Below, one piece after another: positions 24,655 to 37,494 of a stretch of DNA of 64,000 bases. Every line of letters begins with the position of its first letter. Position 1 is the stretch's first letter. Source of the stretch: Acanthaster planci (Eukaryota); contig NW_019091360.1 in NCBI RefSeq assembly GCF_001949145.1, positions 2,788,864 through 2,852,863 on the forward strand, in the 5' to 3' direction. The notes beneath the pieces were generated by a model. That model did not search any database. It was not told the origin of the DNA and saw nothing but the letters and a program-made list of their open reading frames with translations. Made by a program: the position numbers and the translations under genes.

Positions 24655-24845
24655 GGAATGATGGGAAGGGGTTGGATTAGAAGCTGGATGGTATGATGGG
24701 AAGGGGTTGGATTAGAAGCTGGATGGTATGATGGGAAGGGGTTGGATTAGAAGCTGGATGGGATGATGGGAAGGGGTTGGATTAGAAGCTGGATGGTATG
24801 ATGGGNAAGGGGTTGGATTAGAAGCTGGATGGGATGATGGGGTTG
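24655..24845. repeat. G-rich 35-bp minisatellite, ~5 copies (contains an N)
   Basis: Unit TGATGGGAAGGGGTTGGATTAGAAGCTGGATGGKA. Confidence 0.9.
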
Positions 24846-26189
24846 CATACAAAGTGCTGAACTGTACATGTACTTTAGAGGAATTTTAATTATGCACCAT
24901 CCATCAAACTCACAAATGCACTGCTTAGATAATGATCCAGGTCTAGTCTGACTGTACTGGACCCACATTCTTTCGGCATTCCTCTCTCCTGTAAAGAACT
25001 GTGAAGCTTTCGTACCTGTATCCCCCTTGGTGGTGGTCTTTGTTGATCTACCTTAAAATTATAGGCACCTTTCAACACACAGTGTGCACACAGCACTGAC
25101 GAGGTTTTTTTCTCCTAGAGTACAATGAATTTTATTGCTAAGGTTGATAAAATATCTTGTACATGTGTATTGCAGTCGTATGTCGACCACTCTTGTTAAC
25201 AAATTTTTGATGAAGCTTTGTTAGTATTTTCTTGTTTAATTTAGTTGCCATATTTGTATAACTTAGATGTCTCTTCCCTGTTATTACAAGAAAGAAATTT
25301 AAATTCATAACAAGCAGCGGGCCATGGCAGCTTTGCTGTTCTAGTTTCTGACCATGAAATGGACCAAAATTACAAGCTTATTAGATCTGCTTGTGATGCA
25401 CTTTGAAAAACTATGCTGTGAAGAACCAGGTGCTTCAAAGTATGAGCTAAATGTGAAACTTGTCTGTGGGAGTTACTACAGGGTTATTGAGTGTGCAAAG
25501 TTGAAAATCGTTGCACGGAACATTGCAAAAGGAATAATTCTCTTCACTTCACAAATGCGTGAATGTTAAAGACAGGAAAAAAAGGTACTGGCCATTGGAG
25601 TAATGGATTAAAAACCATGTTTTTCAAAGTGACTTCAATGTATTGCAGTGCGTAGCACGATGGCAGTGTGTTACACAGTGGTGTAGTGAAGGCATTTTCA
25701 TTTAGGGAGGGTGCCACAGTCAATTTGCCAACATTGTAACTTATTCGCCAACCTCGTGTCGTGTAAAATTCTCGAAGTGATCCGTGGTACGCACCCTCCC
25801 CCAAATCTCCCCGGTCACTACGCCCCTGGTGTTACATGTGACTTCTGTTTACTGATTTTTCAGCTGTATTATGTGTGACATTGGAAAACTGTTCACATTA
25901 ATCAAACTGCAACCTAAATGAGAACGAAATTAGATGAACCATTCCATTGTTTGAAGTTCTCTCTGAGCATTGAATGGGTTTGTGTGTCCATGATTGTCAG
26001 TTTCAGAAGCAAGTGTTTGACACAGTGTTAATTGGTACCAAACTTGAATCTTTTGGGCTGTGTGTGTGAGGTGTTGTAATCACTTGAATTATTTAGAAGT
26101 TCCGTGGATTGCATCTTATTACAAGACAAATATACTTGAAACTGTGGATGCAGCAAATACGTTGATATTTACACATATATGTGTTGTAT

Positions 26190-26385
26190 TCGAGTCCAAG
26201 TCCCTGTAGGTCCATCACAAGTCCATCACAAGTCAATCAGTCTTAGTTCACAAGGTTTTCAAATGAGCTATGACAAAAAGATTCTTTTGTCATTGTTCAC
26301 AATGTTACTTTTGACTGGCCTTGTGGAAGGGACTTGTGACTGGCCTTGTGAAGGGTCTTGTGACCGGACTTGTGATGGACTCAGA
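26190..26385. repeat. Fold-back element of ACAAGTCC/GGACTTGT subrepeats; relative at ~48885-49095
   Basis: CACAAGTC repeats on the left and GACTTGTG repeats on the right, at both loci. Confidence 0.5.
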
Positions 26386-27259
26386 TACATGCAACTTTGA
26401 GAAATGTTTACCAAGTCCGTAAGTATAGTGCATGTTTTCTGCCCTTTATCATGGTTACTTTGAAGACTGATACCATCATTTTTTCCTGTCAAACTTTTGT
26501 AAACACAGACAAGCCCTGTGTCCTGTCTTCAGACAGATATGGACCGCTGGTTTTCCTTCATTTTGGTTGTCTCTGTTAAACATGATAGGGGCAGTGCACC
26601 CTTATCTTGTAGCACTTGTTGGCATGTTTCCAATTTTGCATGCATTTGCAAAATGTAGTTGGTATATCAACATTTCAACCGACACAAATAACAGATTACC
26701 TCAGCCAGTAAAGTTGAGAACATTATTTAGTTTCAGTGACTTATTGAAGGCCCCTACATCAGTCATCCCAATCTTTAGGTGGGGTACAGTAATTGTGTGT
26801 ACAAAACAAGTGCCTGCCATATATGGCTGTTATCGCCAACAAAGTAACAAACACTAGCTCCTTCAAACAAATGCATAAACTGTCATGCCAACTTGGCCAT
26901 GAATGTAAATGTGCAATTCAGGCTGGTAACACTATTAATTTTTATATTTTACTTCCTGAATAGAGGAAACTTGGGGGGGGAAATAACAAAATGACCCCTG
27001 GACTAGTGCATTAGTTGCCATGGCAACACAACACAGTCCTCATTGTACCTAATTTTGCCTCATCCCGCCCACCAGCAACTCCCCAAATTTTGGATGGTAC
27101 CCTGTTCCTGTGCTCTGAGAGTTGGCAGTATCCAAACCTTGGTTGGAGGCCAGTTGGCTTTTGTTGGAAGAAGCAAATCAGGATGTTGACTGTTCTGTTG
27201 TCATGGTTTCATCTACCGGTACCTGGGAGAAATCTGAAATGGCTGTGCAATTGGCTGTT

Positions 27260-27525
27260 GCTATTCAACTTGCAGTCACATGCTAGTAACAGGTGTTTTG
27301 TTGATAGTAACCTGTTAGGCTTTATAAGCGGTCTGTATCTTTGAAATTTGAGTAGTTGGTGAAAACTGCTTGTGAAGAGACCTTTGCTCAATTTGACTTT
27401 GCAGGTTTGGAGTGATTTTGTAGCAGTGGCAAAATAAGAACCTTGAATACAATCCCTTCACCTATATAGAATTGAACCAGTCTCTTCCCATTTGGCTTGA
27501 ATATAAATTTATTTCCACAAAAGAG
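27260..27525 (+). promoter_or_regulatory. Putative core promoter and non-coding exon of TGM-A
   Basis: TTTATAAG TATA-like element at ~27321 and donor ACAAAAGAG|GTAAGT at 27526, both conserved at the paralogous position in front of TGM-B. Confidence 0.5.
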
Positions 27526-27659
27526 GTAAGTAAGTAATACATGTTTCTTGGCATTTTCAATAGCATTTTAATTTGACCTGCTGGTAGAAATGGAAATACA
27601 GAAGAGCACAAGCTCTTTTTGACCTTCACTGATGTACATAATTATAAACATACAGAAAG

Positions 27660-27790
27660 TTGTCTGGAGGCTTGTGAAAAAAAATCCAAGTTTAGTTGGG
27701 TGGGACTCGAACACATTACCTCCTGTTTGCTAGTGCAGGGGTCTCACCACTCAACTACTAAGCTTGCTGGGTCTGACAGTTCGATTCCAA
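27660..27790 (-). mobile_element. Degenerate copy of the same tRNA-derived SINE in the first intron of TGM-A
   Basis: GGGTGGGACTCGAAC...CTAGTGCAG..GTCT..CCACTC matches 1757-1820. Confidence 0.6.
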
Positions 27791-28028
27791 TGAGCAGTTG
27801 GTATTGTTCTCAACCTTACCACATTAAAGATGTAGTTTTTTGGCATAGAGTAGATGTGAATTTTTATATTGAAGACTTGTGAAATTGAATTTGGATATCA
27901 GTCTCGAAGATTTCTTGATCAATATAAGTTATTGCAGAGGAGAACTACATGTTCCTAAAGAAACTGTCTTTAGATTTGATAGGAACTGTAGCATGTTCCT
28001 ATTAAATTGTTTCATATTTCAGTTAGAG

Positions 28029-28230
28029 ATGGGGACTCGCAGCAACACCCAGCTGAAAATCCAGAAATTAGACACAAAACTGAAGAGCAACCTGCACAGG
28101 CACAAGACTGACGAGCTGGACGAAGTGGATTGGTTGGTTGTCAGGCGAGGACAACCATTCCAGCTTGACCTGACCCTGAACCGCCCATACAACAACAGCA
28201 CTGATGTCCTTGAATTTGACTTTCAAACAG
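28029..28230 (+). CDS. TGM: TGM-A coding exon 1
   Basis: [10 protein letters not shown]...[11 protein letters not shown]...DFQT G|GTATGC. Confidence 0.88.
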
Positions 28231-31200
28231 GTATGCAAAGACCGAGCAATATTTTTAAAGTTCACAAACCTCTTTGCAGGCATAAAATTAATAGACTTAG
28301 TAGTGTCTGCTGTGTTACCACACTTTGGGGAACAAAAATGTGATATTTTGTGTAGAAATCTTCCAGATAATGACATCTGAATGTATGGTATCTCCTTTTC
28401 AATCTCAAATAAAATGTATTTATTCAGGTTTTAGAAGCACAAATATATTTTCTCTTTCAACTTGAGTTTAAAGTCGGATTCATGCATAATAATCAACTGA
28501 ATTTTATTTGTCCAATTGATTTTCTTCAGGTAAAATGGCACTGAATTCCTTTGCCCCTGCATATTTTGCACCTTTTTTCAGAAAACATTTCAATGCTTTG
28601 TAAGTTTTTCACAAAATGTGTCTCTTTTGTGATTTCTCAGGAAAAACCAAGAATTTCCGGAGGGGGACGCACGTCGTTGTGTCAATCGGTGAGCAAGACC
28701 TGCCTCTAGCCAGAGGATGGAAGGTGCAAGTTGATGAAGAGAAGAACAACACACTCACTGTGTCCATCGCTGCCTCTCCTGATGCACCGGTGGGAAAGTA
28801 TTCCCTTGCTGTGCGAACTGTAGTGAAGTCAAGTGAGCCAGTTTTTGTTCCTTGAAAAGAAATTAGAGCAATCTGTTAATGCCAAAGAATGATTTGGAAA
28901 GTGCACCATGCCAAATTTTTTTTGTTGCCATGCAAAATACAGAGAAAATGTTACAATTTTTCTGGGGGGGGCATGCCCAAGTAGAAGTCCGCCTCTCCCC
29001 CCATGTCTTATATGTACATGTACACAATCAGTGTACAAGCCACAATTCACTTGCTTTCAGTGCCCCTCTTGAAAGAAAAAAAGGGTGAACCCCGGATGGC
29101 CCTGCAGAACTTTTTTCACCCCAGTTTCACCCCTCGGTGACTCAAACCTGAGATGTTTCATTCTCTTCTCTTAATTGTCAGTCAAAGCAGAGGACTCATT
29201 CAAGGAGCCTCGCCCAATTTATGTCCTCTTTAATGCCTGGTGTGAGGAGGATCAAGTCTACCTGGTACGGGAAGAAGAACGAAGGGAGTACGTGCTAAAT
29301 GAGAAGGGTTACATCTGGTACGGCAACTCAAATCAAATTGGCAGGATGGCCTGGGGTTTCAACCAGTTTGAAAAGGGTGTCTTTGAGGCAGTTATGTACC
29401 TACTAGAAACTCATGTAAGTGTCAGAGATAGACCCAGGTTGTATTTGAAAATTATGTGCTGATGCACTTAGGGCTGCGAAAGGTGCACCCTTAACCAAAT
29501 ATCTGGTGATACATAATCGATATGGGATCCATAGTATTTTTATTTCCTGAAGCCTTTGCAAGTACCTACACAACCCTTCTTAAGGGAGAAACAATTTTAT
29601 TTGATCTTATTTTATTGTTAACATGCATATTTAAATAATACAGTGGACTCTGCTTTGTTCATAATACAGTAGAAATGAATACACTATAATAAATAACGTG
29701 GGGTCCACACAAAATTCATTCATTCTGGGAGTCATTCGGTAGCCGGTGTCGTTCCCAGTTCCATCCTGTTAAATGTGCAGCAGCCTGCTTGCCTCTTTTT
29801 TTTGGCCCATCTCATGGTTGGGGGAAGAGTAGGGAGAATTCCGCCCCCAAGAAAAAAACTTTGTCGTCCCCCTCCCCGAACACTCATCAAATTTGAACTC
29901 AATCTGACTTACTGTTTTGTTGTTACGGTCATTTGAAGTTGAAGGCCTCGTGCTTGTTCACTCATGTGCATCAAGCATGTCAATGGAAAATGTGTACATT
30001 TTTGGCTGACCTGCCTCAGCAAAATGGCAATTTTCACTAAATCAAGTTTAATAAAGTAACAAGATATTACTTTAAGAAATGAAGATTCAACGTGTAGAAA
30101 TGCACTGTGGCGATATCAGGTACCGTTTTCTGGCTCTTCTAGGATTTAGTAGTGTAATGTGACCTGTTGCAATTGTTAGTCAATAACAAATGGAATGTTT
30201 GACCTTGTCAATTGTTTTGCGTAGAAACAAATTCCAAATCACTCTGCCTTGTTGCTGACTTTTGTCACATATCATCAACATTCATCAACAATCGCAGATG
30301 AATTTTGATCATTATTTGCAATGAAGTATAGTGCTAATAGAATTTGTGTTAATTCTGGCAACTTTTTTGAATGTAGTTATGTGAATTCAAGTCGCAATCA
30401 ATTACAGTAGGATTGTTTGACTTTATAAAAGGTGGGTGAATATGAACGTGGAAGCTCTGTCCTGGTCTCTCGTTCCATGTCAGCTGCTGTGAATTCCCAG
30501 GATGATAATGGAGTCTTGACTGGACGTTGGGGAGGCAACTACAAGCCTCATGTGAATCCATCCTTCTGGACTGGCAGCCAGCGCATTTTGGAGGTAGATG
30601 AAAAATAATCATTACAATGAAACTGTTGATTCTGATGCAGTCATCGCTGTACATGTGGATTGCAATGTGACTGTTAGTAGTGAAAGCCTGTGTATGACCA
30701 GCAAAAAAAATTGCGGAGTACTTCTGATGTCATTTAAGGGCATTGCTCAGGGCTTTCTCAGAAGTCTTGAAAAACAAAGACAAGTTGCTCAATGGATCAC
30801 CATGATCATGCAAAATACTAGTGCAGATGTGTCATTGGCCCCTGTGTAGTCTTGATTCAAGACGTTCTTTTGCGATACAGACTTAAAATACCTGCTGCCA
30901 GCTCCCTCTGCAAGCACAAATCATACACATAGCTCTCTGCACATGCAGTCCACAAACCCGACTGACTTACGTAAAGAGGTGCCAGTTGCCCAGTGCAGTA
31001 ATGGAGCACATGTGGCGGGCACTAACTAGTTGACCGCATACATTGGTGACAGATCTGACTTACCACACAAACCTGACTTACCCACAAACCGCTCCCCGTC
31101 ATGATTGAATGCACTGCCGGTGAAAGCCCTCTATTGGTGGTTTGTATGCCGTGCACCAAGACTACGATCCTGAACAAACTAGTTGGAACACCATGTGGGA

Positions 31201-34200
31201 AGCGCGGTGAAAAGATCCCCCTCGCTACCATTCAATGTTGCAGTCATTTACTGGACCAAGATTAAGCCGAGCTTACCCAATGAGAAACAACATTGACAGG
31301 GGAGAGGGGGAGGCATGTTCCAATGAGATTTGTCCAGGATTGTAGCCCTTGTGGTATTATTGTAAGAGAGGTCTTGAGGGTAGGCCAGCTTGGATATTAA
31401 TGGAACAAAGTCATTTTCTTTTTCAATAAACATCAGTATCAAGGCAGCTAGGTGGTCTTTTTAAAGTTACCTCTGGCAAAAGAGTGTAACATACATGTAC
31501 ATCTAGGTATATATACAAAAGCATTTGTTGCAAAAAGTTGACAAGAAGCCTTCAACTTTCTCACCTCTCCAACAGAAAACTATTTACTGGCCTGTTGCTT
31601 TGACACTGTTTTGATTTAATTAATTAAAAAAAGAGCTGTTTTTCAGCTGTGTCCTGATGGATCTTTGTGAAGTAGCATGGCATATTTGTGAAGACATCTG
31701 TTTGAGTCTGTCTGTGAAGTTTCAATTCAATCCGACAGAGTTTTGATTTCAAGGTCAGTTATAGTTTACACTCTAACATTTGTCAGCATGTGAACTGGGC
31801 GCATGCTCATGGCATAGGAAAATGTCACAATCTGTAGGCAGCCTTTCTTGAATAAATGGGCAGTATTTAAGAACAGCGCATACGTGTATGATTTACACAA
31901 AATTGCTGTCAAATCACTGTAAGACATCGTTATGACCCCCCTCCCAAGCTTTTTCATGTTGCAAAGTCCAGCTGGGAGGATTCATAAAAAAAGCCATGCC
32001 TTCTTGTTTGCTGTTGTTTCCCGAGTTCACTTGGTCAGTTTTTATCTCTTTCAAACTATACAGGAGCATTTCAAGACCAAAAATCCTGTCCGTTATGGCC
32101 AGTGCTGGGTGTTCTCTGGAGTCCTCACCACTGTGCTTCGATGTCTTGGCATTCCTACCAGGAGCGTCACCAACTTTGATTCAGCCCATGACACCAATGA
32201 CAGCCTGACCATTGTAAGTTTAACACTGGGCTACTTTAATTTAGCCACTATTTAAGGCCCCACACAAGAAATCAAATCCAAGTATATACACCTTTGTGTG
32301 TCATTTAACCCCATTTTCAATTCAAATGGTGTATGAGAGCTTTTTGTTTTATATGCTAATAAAACTTTACATATTCCCGACCACAATTATACCATGCCCA
32401 AAATTAGATATATGGACACCATTACTTTCTGGATCTTTTGTTATTTTGCACTCCCAAATTTTGTTTTTTATATGCCAGTTTTTTGTTTCAGTTCCTGAGA
32501 ATAGGTCAGTTAAAGATTTGTCAAAAATACTTTCAGTGAGCAAATTTTGGATGGATAGTTTGAGTAGAAAACTGATTTTTTATAAACAGTGTCTCCCCGG
32601 AATGAAATCACAGTTCACTCATTTTTTTGGAAAAACATGGAAAGTTTTAAGTGTTTCAAAATAACCAGTGAAGATTTGGTGTGGTAATGCAGCCAACATT
32701 TTATCTTATTTCACCATCTCATTTCCCCAATGTCCGCTACAGGATGTGTATTTTTGATGAGAACAATGAAATAGTAAATTCCATGGAACACGAAATCTGG
32801 AATTTCCATGTCTGGAATGAAGCCTGGATGAGCCGGCCAGACCTCCCACCAGGCTACGGTGGATGGCAAGCCGTTGATGCTACACCCCAAGAAACCAGTG
32901 GCCGTATGTATACTATGTGATCCTTTAGTCCAACTCTGTAAAGGACTGCCGTCTACTAGTTGTGGTATATCTTAAACAGTCAGTAGTTTTGGCCAACGTG
33001 AAATATTACACCTCACCCGGGTCGTGTTTGTTGTTGAGTAATACAGCCTGTAAAGTGGTTGAAAGTGGTGTTCTTCTTTTTTCATGTTGTGAAGCAGTTG
33101 CAATTATTTGTAAATGTAGAAAAGTTTGTCCCCTTTTCAGAAGCAGGATTTAAAAGTTATTTTTTTTCTGTCTAATTTTAAATGCGAGTTTAAAGTTTAG
33201 GGAAATATTTTACAGCCCCTTATATCCTGTATCAGTCTTTTGACTGATTACTCTGTGCCTACTGGCATCCAATTTCTGTAGTTTTCATTTCCAACTGAAC
33301 ATATTTTATATGTTGACCTGAGGAAAAGAAATCCTTTTCCGGATTGTCATTCACCCTAAAAACAAATGATTTTCAGGCTGCAGGGAAAAAGGAAATGTTA
33401 AAGTTGTTACTGTCAGTGATCAAATGCAGAAATTTTGCTGACTAAAATCTCTAATTTTCTTTGAAATCAATTGTTTTGTGATGTTGTGGTGTTTTACTAG
33501 GTATCTTCCGCTGTGGTCCGTGCCCTGTTAGTGCCATCAAACAGGGCCAAGTCTACTATCCCTATGACACAAAATTTGTCTTTGCAGAAGTCAATGCAGA
33601 CATCGTTCACCTGCGGGTGAGTGAAAGTCTGTGTACTGTACCAGATAAGTTTGGTAGTCATAAGTTTCAGTCTTTGTCTCTCGGGGGCAAATCTGTGTAC
33701 ATTTTTCAGATTTTGTTGTAGTTGAGAAATATTCTTTGATCAAGTGTTCCTTTTTATAAATGCAAATTTTGTAACCATTGGTGGTTGTGGAATGCGTGTG
33801 ACCCTGGTGATGATGATGTTGAAATGCACAAATCTCTTGAGTAATGAGTCACTAATTTTTGTGACTCAAGTTGAGTCATTGTAATGCAATAACTCGAGTT
33901 GAGCCATAAGGCAAAAATCTTGAGTCGAGTCGAGTGTTTAGCTTGAGTCAATTTGAGTCACCAGTATTTGAATGCAAAACAAAATTTGTAAAAGGGGAGA
34001 AAATCATTTAAAAAATTTACCTGTGGGTTTCTACATATACATGTGGTCACATCACATCGAACTCTTACTAATCGTTGCACATAACAGGAACATAAAGTGG
34101 CGCTATAACCCGCTGCAAATATTTTTTTGCGAGGAAGTTTGCTTTCACGTTTCAGACTCGAGTCATTTAACTTTCACCTGAGAGTTGAGACAGGTGTTGT

Positions 34201-37200
34201 GATAAGGGACTGGAATCAAGTCAAGTCATTTGCTTGCAGTGACTGTAGTGGAGTTGAGTCATTTACCCTGTTGGGACTCAAGTCGAGTCCTCAAAAATTA
34301 TGACATGAGTCGTTATAACTCTGCATCTGCACGACAATGTTAAACTTAAATTTTTCTGCATATATATATACATGTATATATACTGCAGTTTCCATGTGAA
34401 ACAAATGAAAGTATTATGTGAATCCTTTTCTGAGCACACTTATTAATAAGTAATTTCTTCTTATGTTGACAAGTCTTTTGAGGGATCATGTTCTGTCATT
34501 CCAGGTCAAAAGAGACGGTAAACTTCAAGTGATAAAATTGAATAAAACGCATGTGGGGAAGAAGATAAGCACAAAAGCATTGGGCTCAAAAGACAGGCAG
34601 GATTTAACATCAGAGTACAAGTACTCTGAAGGTAAGCATGGTTTCAAAAGCCATGAACAAATTACCATTTATCTTTAAACACTTGTACCAATACCTTCTA
34701 AACCTGTGAATATTTATTTACTGATCTGAGAAATCAAAAGTGCCATTTGTCCACCTGCTCTTCAGGCTCCCAGGCCGAAAGAGCTGCTGTCAAAATTGCA
34801 GCGTCGTATGGAGCCACACCCTGGATTTATGACTCTCCCAAGTATGCAGAGGATGTACATGTTAAGCTTGGAGTCTCAGACTTGAACAAATACGTCGGAG
34901 AGGATTTCAGCCTCAAAGTTCCTCTGGCCAACAAAAGCCAAGAAAAGAGATCGGTTTCAATCACGCTCATCTTGCAAGTGGTGCATTACTACGGTATGGC
35001 CAAAGTTCTGCTGAACTTACTTTTGTTAAGTTGCATCCAATAACACTGCATTCCATTTTATGGGCACAGCTTAATTTTGTTTAATCCCTTCTTCGTGTGA
35101 TGTCAATCAATAACCATGATCTGGCAAACATTTCTACTCTGCTAATGTGATGAAGTCAGCTTAGGTTAGTTAACAAAGAAATATTGGTGCTTTTAGCTTT
35201 TCACAGGAAAACCCCAAATGTGTGAAGTGACAAATCTGACTCTTTAGTTGGTAAAATGAAACCTTAGTAAAATTATGGTAAAGCACTCCTGTACTTGTTT
35301 TTTTTTGTTCAGGTGTGTTGGCTGCCAAAATCAAGAAGATGGATAAGAAGTTCCAACTTGGACCTGGTCAAAGTGATCAGATCACTATGAGTGTTAATGC
35401 TGATGAGTATCTGGACAAGATGGTGGACCAGTCTGCATTCAAAGTCTTCCTCCTCGGCCATGTTGATGTAATTTATCATATTGATTACGTTTACCCACAG
35501 GTGTACCTTTAGTAGCATTAATACATTCACCCAAGTCTCTGTTCACTCCCCCAATCATTTAGACCAGGTCACCCCCCATCATTGCTATAATTAACTCAAG
35601 GCAAAAGTTAGTTATTCCAAGTTTATCTGAATCAATAGTAGGAGGGCCTGACGTTTTGATCCTACAAGAATCTTTTTCAGTTTTTATGTTATGGCACTTT
35701 TTTCTGACATTTTGTTTTCGAGATTTGATCTATGCCATTGTTGCAACACATATTTCACTTGCTTTCCTCCTGTTGTCCCCATTACAATGTGCTGATACTC
35801 CAATTTTAAAAAGTACCATGTAATTTAAACAGACAAGTTTACTTTTTCCATTCCGATAGAGTAATAATTGTATTTTACCATAAATAAACAGCTTGAGCTG
35901 CACTTAAGCCCGAGTACTAAGAACCAGCAGTATAAACAGGTCCTTGCACACTCACAGATTCACAACCCTGAGTACGCTTTACAAGATGAGTAACAAACAC
36001 AGAAAGGAAAATGAAGCGGAAACAAAAATCAGAGAAGACTCATGGTCGTTTAAATTTGCTCCCCATCAGGAGACTGGCCAGGCCTTTGTAGAGGAGGAAA
36101 ACTTCCGTCTGCGCACCCCTGACCTTGACGTCAAGCTGTTGCGTCCAGCAGCCAAAGACGTGCGTGTCGGCATGCCTGTTGAAGTGGAGCTGAGTCTGCG
36201 AAATCCCCTGAAGAAGAAGAAGCTGACAGCCTGTGAGGTCACCGTGGAAGGGGCAGGGCTCTTGCCTCCCCGTGTCATGAAGCAGAAGTTAGTTTAGCCT
36301 GGCAGTTGGGATTTGTACATGTATCTCAAAAACATAGGGTTGGGGGTTTGAATCCAGCAGCCTGCTACATGTTGTGACCTTGGGCAAGTCACTTTACTCC
36401 CATTTTGCCTCTTTCTGTCTTGAAGTATATAAATGGGTCGCTGTGAGGGCTGGTATGGTTGTTATGTTTGATTAGCTTTCTGCACCTGAAATGGCAGCCT
36501 TGATCTGTAAACTTCCCCGGGAGCTGAGATGGTTTAGGAATGTTTCTTCTGGGTTCAGTTTGGAGGGATAATGATGGATACATCCGCTTTGTAAGTGTCC
36601 ATTATTATCACTATTGTTGTTACTCTTCGTGGCTAGCATCGGAGGTTTTCCCTAGCTTGCTCAAATGTTCATCTTAAGGACAGTTGTCATCCATTGTGCT
36701 GTCCACCAAGATTTATAGGCACCTTGTTTCTGCTCACTTTTACAGGATTTCAGCTGGCAAAATTTTGAATAATGGCCAAAGTTTATTTGCTCATTTTGCA
36801 TATGCTTTAACATTCAGTACTGGTTAAGAATTTTTTTCTCACCATTGCTCATATTTCTGTGTAGAAGTATTTTCGCGAATGCATTTGCCATCTTACTTCT
36901 GGAACTGTGCCTGGGGAAACTTGTCAACCCCTCCTCCCAAAACATTCAATTATTAAAAGGTGCAAAAAAAGAAAAGCAAAGCAAAAGGAATGAAGAAAGG
37001 GAAAATGTAATCATGAAAATGAAAATCACCAATTAGCTTGAAAATACCTTGGAATTGGCCCACCTCCAATGCAAACATTTTGCCAGTTTGCTGCTGATGA
37101 GTTCTTTGCTTCCTGTGTAAAAATTCCTTGCGATTTGATGATGTGCAGTATGAATAAAACCTGAGCACTCAATTTGTGTATTCGGTCAGAGTCACTGTAC

Positions 37201-37494
37201 CTGCTATCGTATTAAATATTCTGCTCCTTTGATGGTTTTAGTAACTACAAAACCCGCCATAATGTGATCACATTAATCATCTCACTGCTTCTCATATGTG
37301 GTGTCTGTTTGTGTAGTTCTCAGTTTTCTGTGAAATGTCATTACAGGGATGTTGCGGTGGGCCAGACGCTCACTCTGAAGGTTGACTTCAAACCAAGGAA
37401 AGCTGGTGAACGCACTCTCATTGCCACATTTGAATCGGATCAACTCGCCCAGGTGACCGGGGAGCTGGATTTGAAAGTCCTGAAAGCCAAGTAA
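28029..37494 (+). CDS. TGM: Protein-glutamine gamma-glutamyltransferase (transglutaminase) paralog A, ~693 aa if a +1 frameshift at 32751-32755 is corrected (possible pseudogene or assembly error)
   Basis: 12 GT-AG exons: 28029-28230,28641-28832,29191-29414,30432-30593,32064-32213,32743-32903,33501-33616,34505-34631,34766-34993,35313-35467,36070-36287,37347-37494. Total 2083 nt = 3n+1. Motifs [52 protein letters not shown]. Confidence 0.93.
28641..28832 (+). CDS. TGM: TGM-A exon 2
   Basis: [12 protein letters not shown]...[15 protein letters not shown] boundaries, phase 1-1. Confidence 0.88.
29191..29414 (+). CDS. TGM: TGM-A exon 3
   Basis: [16 protein letters not shown]...[13 protein letters not shown]...WGFNQFE; CAT|GTAAGT donor. 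Confidence 0.9.
30432..30593 (+). CDS. TGM: TGM-A exon 4 (not in the ORF track)
   Basis: [54 protein letters not shown], phase 0-0. Confidence 0.9.
32064..32213 (+). CDS. TGM: TGM-A exon 5 (catalytic Cys)
   Basis: [36 protein letters not shown]. Confidence 0.95.
32743..32903 (+). CDS. TGM: TGM-A exon 6 (catalytic His and Asp; frameshift near 5' end)
   Basis: [33 protein letters not shown]; an extra T in TATTTTTGA gives an in-frame TGA at 32755. Confidence 0.9.
33501..33616 (+). CDS. TGM: TGM-A exon 7
   Basis: [35 protein letters not shown]. Confidence 0.92.
33830..34325. repeat. Degenerate element rich in GACTCGAGTC/TTGAGTCA subrepeats (TGM-A intron 7)
   Basis: Many dispersed GAGTCA/CTCGAG palindromic units; not seen in the matching TGM-B intron. 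Confidence 0.5.
34505..34631 (+). CDS. TGM: TGM-A exon 8
   Basis: [27 protein letters not shown]. Confidence 0.92.
34766..34993 (+). CDS. TGM: TGM-A exon 9
   Basis: GSQAERAAV...[19 protein letters not shown]...VHYYG. Confidence 0.9.
35313..35467 (+). CDS. TGM: TGM-A exon 10
   Basis: VLAAKIKK...[21 protein letters not shown]. Confidence 0.9.
36070..36287 (+). CDS. TGM: TGM-A exon 11
   Basis: [19 protein letters not shown]...[22 protein letters not shown]. Confidence 0.92.
36330..36620 (+). mobile_element. CORE/MIR-like SINE remnant
   Basis: B-box-like GGTTTGAATCC followed by TGTGACCTTGGGCAAGTCACTT (CORE-like hairpin) and an ATT-repeat tail. Confidence 0.5.
37347..37494 (+). CDS. TGM: TGM-A terminal exon 12
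   Basis: [48 protein letters not shown]. Confidence 0.92.

Noticed and set aside
24655..24845. CRISPR-like array
   Set aside because: Contiguous tandem units with no unique spacers, in a eukaryotic context
26179..26400. Cys-rich peptide ORF (TCDWPCEGSCDRTCDG)
   Set aside because: Produced by the GACTTGTG subrepeats of a fold-back repeat that also occurs near 49000
29415..29440. Extension of TGM exon 3 to the CCCAG|GT donor (VSVRDRP)
   Set aside because: Wrong phase for exon 4; CAT|GTAAGT gives the correct phase 0 in both paralogs
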